Below, piece by piece: positions 58,622 to 64,000 of a stretch of 64,000 bases of DNA. The position numbers were made by a program, and so were the translations under genes. Numbering within the stretch: the stretch's first letter is position 1; the number at the start of each line of letters is the position of its first letter. The notes under the pieces are model-generated. The model searched no databases. It worked only from the letters and a program-made list of their open reading frames with translations, and was not told where the DNA came from. Origin of the DNA: Armatimonadota bacterium (GTDB lineage Bacteria > Armatimonadota > SYMT01); NCBI GenBank assembly GCA_041690135.1, contig JAWLHY010000019.1, positions 1 through 64,000 of the forward strand. Reading direction: 5' to 3'.

Positions 58622-60119
58622 GGAGCGCGCGTCAGAATTTCGCACGCTCGGATTTTGATCAGGCGCCAAGCCTCGGAATGTGATTCACGATGGGTGGGCT
58701 TTCACCGATGGCAGACAAGAACTTCGATCCCGAGTGGGACGGGATCTTCCGGGAGATCCGCGAAGAGATGGTGGCGTGGCGCCGGGCGCATCCCAAGGCG
58801 ACCCTGCGCGAGATTGAACTGGAGAATGAGCGCGTGCTCGCGCGTCTTCACGCGCGAATGATCCAGGATATCGCGGCCGCCAGTGGGGTGGCCGAGTTTG
58901 CCGGACAGCCGGCCGCGGACCGGCCGCAGTGCCCGCACTGCGCGGTGCCGCTGGTGTCCCGAGGCAAGAAGCGGCGGAACCTCCGTAGTTATGGCGACCA
59001 GCAAGTGGAGTTGGAAAGAGCCTATGGCACCTGCCCCCAGTGCGGGCAGGATTTTTTCCCCTCTGGATGAGGAACTCCAACTGCTCCCCGGGGCGTTGGC
59101 GCCACTGCTCCATGAGCGCCTGGTGCAGTTAGACACCGTGGAACGCTCCTTTGTGCAGGCGGCAAACGTCTTCTTCTCGTTTACACGCATCCGGATCAGC
59201 GAACCCACCGCCCGTCGCTACGCCGAGCGTGCGGGGGCCGTGATGGAAGGCGTGGAAGAGGGTGCGAGTGCGGCAACTCCGGCCCCTGGGGATGGGGCGG
59301 AGCCGGACCCGCGCCCGGCCTGGGTGGGTGCGGACGGGGTCATGGTCCGGTTGGTGGGTGGGGCTTGGCGGGAGGTCCGGACCGTCACCCTCGGACGGGT
59401 GAACCCTCCGGTGCTCGTGAAGGGGGAGGCCCGGGTGACCACCACCGAACTGAGCTACTTCTCCCGCTTGACCGACGGAGCCGATACCTTCATCGACTGG
59501 GCCGCACGCGAGTTCGGTCGCCGCGGCATTGCGGAGGCGACCCTGGTGGGCGCGGGATCGGATGGTGCGGAATGGTGTCAGAAGCTCTTCGACCGCCACT
59601 GCCCCCAGGCGGTGCGGTGCCTGGACTTCTACCACGCCGGAGAACGGGTACATGACTTTAGTAAGGTCCTCTGGAAGGAGCAGCCGGAACTCGCCGACTG
59701 GTATGCCGGCGACCAACTCCATCAACTGAAACACCAGGGGCCGGACCCCCTGCTGACGAGCCTGCGGGACTGGGGCCAGGCCGCGGCGGACCCGAAAGCG
59801 CGTCAGGAGGCTACGCAGCAGTATGCCTTCTTCACCAGCCAGACGGAGTTACTCGATTATCCTGAAGTCCGGGCGCAGGGGCTCCCGATCGGGACGGGCA
59901 ACGCCGAAAGTGCGAACCTACATGTCGTTCAAGACCGGCTCAAAGGACCGGGCAAGTTCTGGGGCCGCGAACACGTCAACCCCATGCTGGCACTCCGCAA
60001 CGCTTGGTGCAGCGACCGCTGGGAGGAAACCTGGCTGGTGACCAGCAAGCGGTTAGCGGAAGGGTATTATCCGGTGCGGATCGTTCATACACCACGTGCA
60101 AAAAACTGACGCGCGCTCC
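58622..60119 (+). mobile_element. ISKra4-family insertion sequence, about 1.5 kb
   Basis: Terminal inverted repeats GGAGCGCGCGTCAGAATTTCGCACG and GGAGCGCGCGTCAGTTTTTTGCACG (22/25 match); two overlapping ORFs; no target duplication seen. Confidence 0.9.
58708..60109 (+). CDS. ISKra4 transposase split over two frames (58708-59070 and about 59050-60109)
   Basis: ORF1 CPHC...CPQC zinc ribbon ending in FFP; ORF2 PLDEEL, DG, DGAEW, LDFYHA, IGTGNAESA, RLKGPG; TTTTTTCCCC at 59052-59061. Confidence 0.88.
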
Positions 60120-60272
60120 TAGGAAAATCGCAGTATTGGACCGCAACCTTAGGGTGGTGGTACGATACAGTCAAGCCCTTCAAGCCCCCGGTGTTGGGTC
60201 GCATCACCGACTGGCGTGCTTCCAGTTCTAGCAATTCCGTTTTCCGTAGGCGCGGCAGTGGTCAACCATGTG

Positions 60273-61739
60273 ATGGAGAGTATTCGATGTCTTGTTGGTA
60301 GCCGCATCGTGGTTGCGATTTCCGGGGGCGTCGACTCCCTGGCCTTGCTGCACCTCATTGCGTCGATTGGTAGCTTTGATCCTTTGGAGTTCCTCGCGGT
60401 GCACGTCCACCACGGGATGCGGGCCGAGGCCGCAGATGCGGATGTCGAGTTCTTGCGCCAGACCTGCGATGCGTGGGGTGTGCCGCTCGAGGTTGTCTAC
60501 CGCGACGTGCCGGCGCTGGCGGCGGAGCGGCGGATCTCGGTGGAGGAGGCAGGACGGATTGCCCGGTATGAAGCCCTGGAAGCCCTGGCTCGGGAGCGCG
60601 GCTGCAATAAGGTCGTTACGGCGCACCACGCCGACGACCAGGTGGAGACGGTGCTGCTTCACCTGCTGCGGGGCACCGGTCTGGACGGTCTCCGGGGGAT
60701 GCCGGAGCGACGTCCCCTCTCCCCCAAATCCGGCGCGCCGGAGCTGGTCCGGCCACTGCTTGGGGTATGGCGCCACGAGCTGGAAGCCTATTGCCGGGAG
60801 CACGGACTGGAACCTCGCCACGACTGGACGAACGACGACCTCCGCTACCGGCGCAACCGCCTCCGGCAGGAAGTGATCCCCCTGCTGCAGTCCCTGGCGC
60901 CGGCGGTGAAGCAGCACCTTCTGCAACTCGCGCAGCAGGCTCGGGACGAGGTGGCGGTTCTGGAGCCTCTGGCGGCGGACCTGCTCCACCAGGCACGCCG
61001 TCCGGCGCCGGAACCGTGGCGGCGTGCGGGAGGCCCGCCGGAGTGGTTGGTGCTCGCACGAGCATTGCGACCGACGGCGCTCGATGCCGCGACCTTTGCA
61101 CAGGCGCCGCGTGCCACTGCCCGACGCGCCCTTCGGCTTCTTTTTCGGGAGGTAGCCGGCCCACCGGCCGATGTCCCCTTCGAGGCGGTGGAAGCGGTGT
61201 TGTGTCTGGCGGGGGGTGTGGGTACGGCAGTCGATCTTCCCGGATGTGGAATCCGAGCCCGCCGAGTTAGTGGCACTCTTCTTCTGGAACGCCAACGCCC
61301 GCCGCAGCGGGACCTCCCGGAGAAAGTCTTGGTTGCTGGTCCCGGCGAATACACGGTTCCGGCAATGGGGCTCAAGCTCCGGTTCGCAGCGGGCGCCGCC
61401 CCCGCCGACCCGCGCCTGCCGCCCGAGGAAGCCTGCCTGGCAAGCGCCGCAGTCCGATGGCCCCTGCGGCTCCGCGCCCCAGAACGGGGAGATCGGTTCC
61501 AGCCGCTGGGGTCGCCGGGGTCGCGCCTGCTAAGCGACGTGTTCGTGGATCGGAAGATCCCCGCCGAGGCCCGCGCTTCCTGGCCCGTGCTGGAGGATAC
61601 GGAGGGGATTCTCTGGGTGTGCGGAATCGCCGTGGCCGAACGCGCCCGCGTCGCGTCGCCGGGGGATCCGTGCCTCCGCTTGCGGATCGAGCCGATTCAT
61701 GCGTCCGGATCTACCCTTGGCAGGTCCCAGGTGTCCTGA
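60273..61739 (+). CDS. tilS: tRNA(Ile)-lysidine synthetase
   Basis: AISGGVDS PP-loop, HVHHGMR, AHHADDQVET, RPLL, RNRLR and TilS C-terminal domain; start uncertain. Confidence 0.93.
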   Translation: MESIRCLVGSRIVVAISGGVDSLALLHLIASIGSFDPLEFLAVHVHHGMRAEAADADVEFLRQTCDAWGVPLEVVYRDVPALAAERRISVEEAGRIARYEALEALARERGCNKVVTAHHADDQVETVLLHLLRGTGLDGLRGMPERRPLSPKSGAPELVRPLLGVWRHELEAYCREHGLEPRHDWTNDDLRYRRNRLRQEVIPLLQSLAPAVKQHLLQLAQQARDEVAVLEPLAADLLHQARRPAPEPWRRAGGPPEWLVLARALRPTALDAATFAQAPRATARRALRLLFREVAGPPADVPFEAVEAVLCLAGGVGTAVDLPGCGIRARRVSGTLLLERQRPPQRDLPEKVLVAGPGEYTVPAMGLKLRFAAGAAPADPRLPPEEACLASAAVRWPLRLRAPERGDRFQPLGSPGSRLLSDVFVDRKIPAEARASWPVLEDTEGILWVCGIAVAERARVASPGDPCLRLRIEPIHASGSTLGRSQVS

Positions 61740-62524
61740 TCCACAGCGGAAGCCGGGCGCGGAAGCTGGCCTGTAGTGGGAGGAGGCGTGGCGGCGGGTA
61801 TCGGCAGATCGGCCGTGCCGACAAGGTAGGGCTTGAGGAGTTGCCGCATCAATGCCGGTCCATTCTCCAAATCCTCCCAGTACAGTTGGAAAGGTAGGCT
61901 CTGAATGGCGCTTACTGGAACGGATTTGAGGGGACCGAACGGTTTCCGCCCCCGGACATCGAAAGTGAGGGCCCCGTGCAGGCGCCCGCGAGTACGGAAG
62001 ATCTCCAGTTCGAGACGGTCAAGACGTGGATGCGCTTTGACCGTGGGTTCAAAGCAGCCTCTCACTCCGTCGCCTTGAGCGTACACCCAGCGGTGCAACG
62101 CAAATCCCGTGAGCACGGCGACCTCTGTCGCCATCGCGTGGATGGCGATTGGGGGGAGCACGGCGAGGGGTTCCATTTCCGTCTCGGTTTGCCAGAACGC
62201 GCCGCCAACCACTCTCAGGTGCAATGAACAGGCCGTTCCCAGGCAACTCCCCCACTCGACATTTATCCTGACCGGTAATTCCCGTCGCTCTCCGGCCCGA
62301 ATTGCAAAATCCGCCCAGGTTTTCGGCTGTAGGTCCGGAGACGCCACACCTGCGGTGACTTTGCCATTGGATTGACCCGTCAAGGACACGGCGAGGTGCC
62401 GGATGCGCTGGTCCTTCTGCCCCCCCACGAGAGAAATCGTGCCGGTGACTTGCTCACCCCAATGGACGACGTTTCGATGCAGCATCAATGTCACTTCACA
62501 GTTGCCGACCTGCACCTTGGCCAT
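61697..62524 (-). CDS. Spo0M-like (arrestin-fold) protein
   Basis: N-terminal VG.CEV.L...GEQVTG.I.LVGG...QRI and later LDRLEL patterns resemble Spo0M; divergent. Confidence 0.55.
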   Translation of the reverse strand: MAKVQVGNCEVTLMLHRNVVHWGEQVTGTISLVGGQKDQRIRHLAVSLTGQSNGKVTAGVASPDLQPKTWADFAIRAGERRELPVRINVEWGSCLGTACSLHLRVVGGAFWQTETEMEPLAVLPPIAIHAMATEVAVLTGFALHRWVYAQGDGVRGCFEPTVKAHPRLDRLELEIFRTRGRLHGALTFDVRGRKPFGPLKSVPVSAIQSLPFQLYWEDLENGPALMRQLLKPYLVGTADLPIPAATPPPTTGQLPRPASAVDQDTWDLPRVDPDA

Positions 62525-63675
62525 CAGCCAGCTCTCGCATTTAGCTCAGCCGCCTCCTGGTAGAGGCGGAGGTAGGCTTCGGCGGTGGCGTCGATGGAGA
62601 AGCGGCCCACTTCCCGCAGGCAGGCGCCACTCATACGGGCGCGCAGTTCACGGTCCGAAAGTATCCGGACCAGGGCGCCGGCAAACGGCTCGGGGTCGTC
62701 GGGAATGAGGAAGCCGTCCAGCCCGTCAGTGACGACCGTCGAAGGACCATAGGCGTTTACGGAAACCGCTGGAACGCCCGCAGCTTTAGCCTCGGTGAGC
62801 ACCAGGCCCTGGGTATCCGTCCTGGATGAGAAGGCGAACACGTCCACGGCCGCGTAGACGAGCTCCATCTTCTCCGGCGGCACGAAGCCGGCGAACACGA
62901 TCCGGTCTCCGGCACCCGTCTCCTGGGCCATCCGGCGCGCCTCCGCCTCGACGGGTCCTCCGCCCGCGATCAGCAGCCAGGCGTCCGGCATCTCCCGGGC
63001 TACGCGCGCGAATCCCGAGAAGAGGAGCCCGAGATTCTTTTCTTTGGCCAGCCTCCCCGCATAAAGCGCGAGCGGCGCCTCTTCCGGAATTCCGAAGGCC
63101 CGACGGGGGAAATCCGGGTCCCGCGGGCGTGGCGGACGGAGCTTGAGACCCGTGGGGATGACCCGGATGGGGCGTTGTACCCCGTAACTCACCAGTTCCT
63201 GGCGGACCGGCTCCGTCGGTACGGCCACCACATCGCAGGCATTGCAGAAGGTGAGGGAGATCTGCCGGAGAAGGTGACGGAGTGGCGGCTTTGGCAAAAA
63301 CGGCGCATAGTGGGAATACTCAACGTAGAGGGTGTGATAGGTGGTCACCAGGGGGATCCGGCCCTGGCGAGCCCACCTCCGGCCCACCTGTCCCAGGGCG
63401 AATGGTGAGTGGGTGTGGACCACGTCGAAGCCGGACTGGCCGAACTTCCGGCGGAGGCGCGGGGACCACGGAATGGCCAGCGGGTAGTCGCGCTGGTGCG
63501 GAAACGCATAGCTGGAGAAGCGATGCGCGGGCCGGAGGTCCTGATGGCCGGGGAAATGCGGGGCGAACACCTCTACCGAATGCTCCGGTTCGAAGGCATC
63601 CACCAGGAGGTCGACCGCCACGGCGACCCCGTTGATGACGGGCCGATAGCTTTCCGTAAACTGGGCGATACGCAT
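62524..63675 (-). CDS. Glycosyltransferase family 4 (diacylglycerol glucosyltransferase-like)
   Basis: FTESYRPVINGV, HTHSPF, TYHTLY, GRLAKEKN and TQGLVLTEA motifs. Confidence 0.92.
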   Translation of the reverse strand: MRIAQFTESYRPVINGVAVAVDLLVDAFEPEHSVEVFAPHFPGHQDLRPAHRFSSYAFPHQRDYPLAIPWSPRLRRKFGQSGFDVVHTHSPFALGQVGRRWARQGRIPLVTTYHTLYVEYSHYAPFLPKPPLRHLLRQISLTFCNACDVVAVPTEPVRQELVSYGVQRPIRVIPTGLKLRPPRPRDPDFPRRAFGIPEEAPLALYAGRLAKEKNLGLLFSGFARVAREMPDAWLLIAGGGPVEAEARRMAQETGAGDRIVFAGFVPPEKMELVYAAVDVFAFSSRTDTQGLVLTEAKAAGVPAVSVNAYGPSTVVTDGLDGFLIPDDPEPFAGALVRILSDRELRARMSGACLREVGRFSIDATAEAYLRLYQEAAELNARAG

Positions 63676-64000
63676 CAGGTCCGTTACGAGGATCTTTAAA
63701 GGTTAGCAGTGAACGGGTGTGTGGGAAACCTTCAGCTTGAGAGCATTCTGCTGCCTTCTTGCTGGGGTAAGTCTAGCCGGGTCCGCAAGTGAGCGCAACT
63801 TTGCAGCCTGGCTGGTCTCTTCCTAATTACCGGAATACGCTCGTTGCCGCGACTTGAGTTGCGGTGAGGTGTCGTTTCCCCGTTTCCCACAGCGAAGTGG
63901 GGAGACCACAGCAGCGCAGGAGGACTGCATCTCGAACCGATCCCGCTCGAACCGGAAATGAACCGGGCCCGGCTTTCGCTCCCAACGGCGGGGAAAGCTG

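Overview
High-GC bacterial chromosomal window with about 48 plausible CDS, one tRNA-Val(CAC), one ISKra4-family insertion sequence that truncates an IS5-family remnant, and many short intergenic repeats. Gene content suggests Armatimonadota or a similar lineage, but this is inference and unverified. Housekeeping and metabolic genes: DEAD-box helicase, korAB-type 2-oxoacid:ferredoxin oxidoreductase, an isolated E2, glnD, ftsH, hemB, a hemD-hemE fusion, acyl-CoA dehydrogenase, rhamnulokinase and tilS. Regulatory genes: a hybrid kinase, an ECF41 sigma factor with a consensus promoter, and an ECF/anti-sigma pair. The best candidate for an undescribed system is a two-gene unit at 40770-41600, hidden in the ORF track at the end of a shadow ORF. 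It encodes a 73-aa protein with a beta-grasp-like pattern ending in Gly-Gly, followed by a membrane-anchored partner with a single Cys. It lies between glnD and ftsH, and no E1 or JAB gene is in the window. Also notable is an Anbu peptide-ligase system split in two: Anbu at 1.3-2.1 kb, and ATP-grasp, alpha-E and transglutaminase at 21.4-24.8 kb. That transglutaminase ends in a mixed-codon poly-Gln tail. All calls come from reading motifs by eye; no database searches were run.
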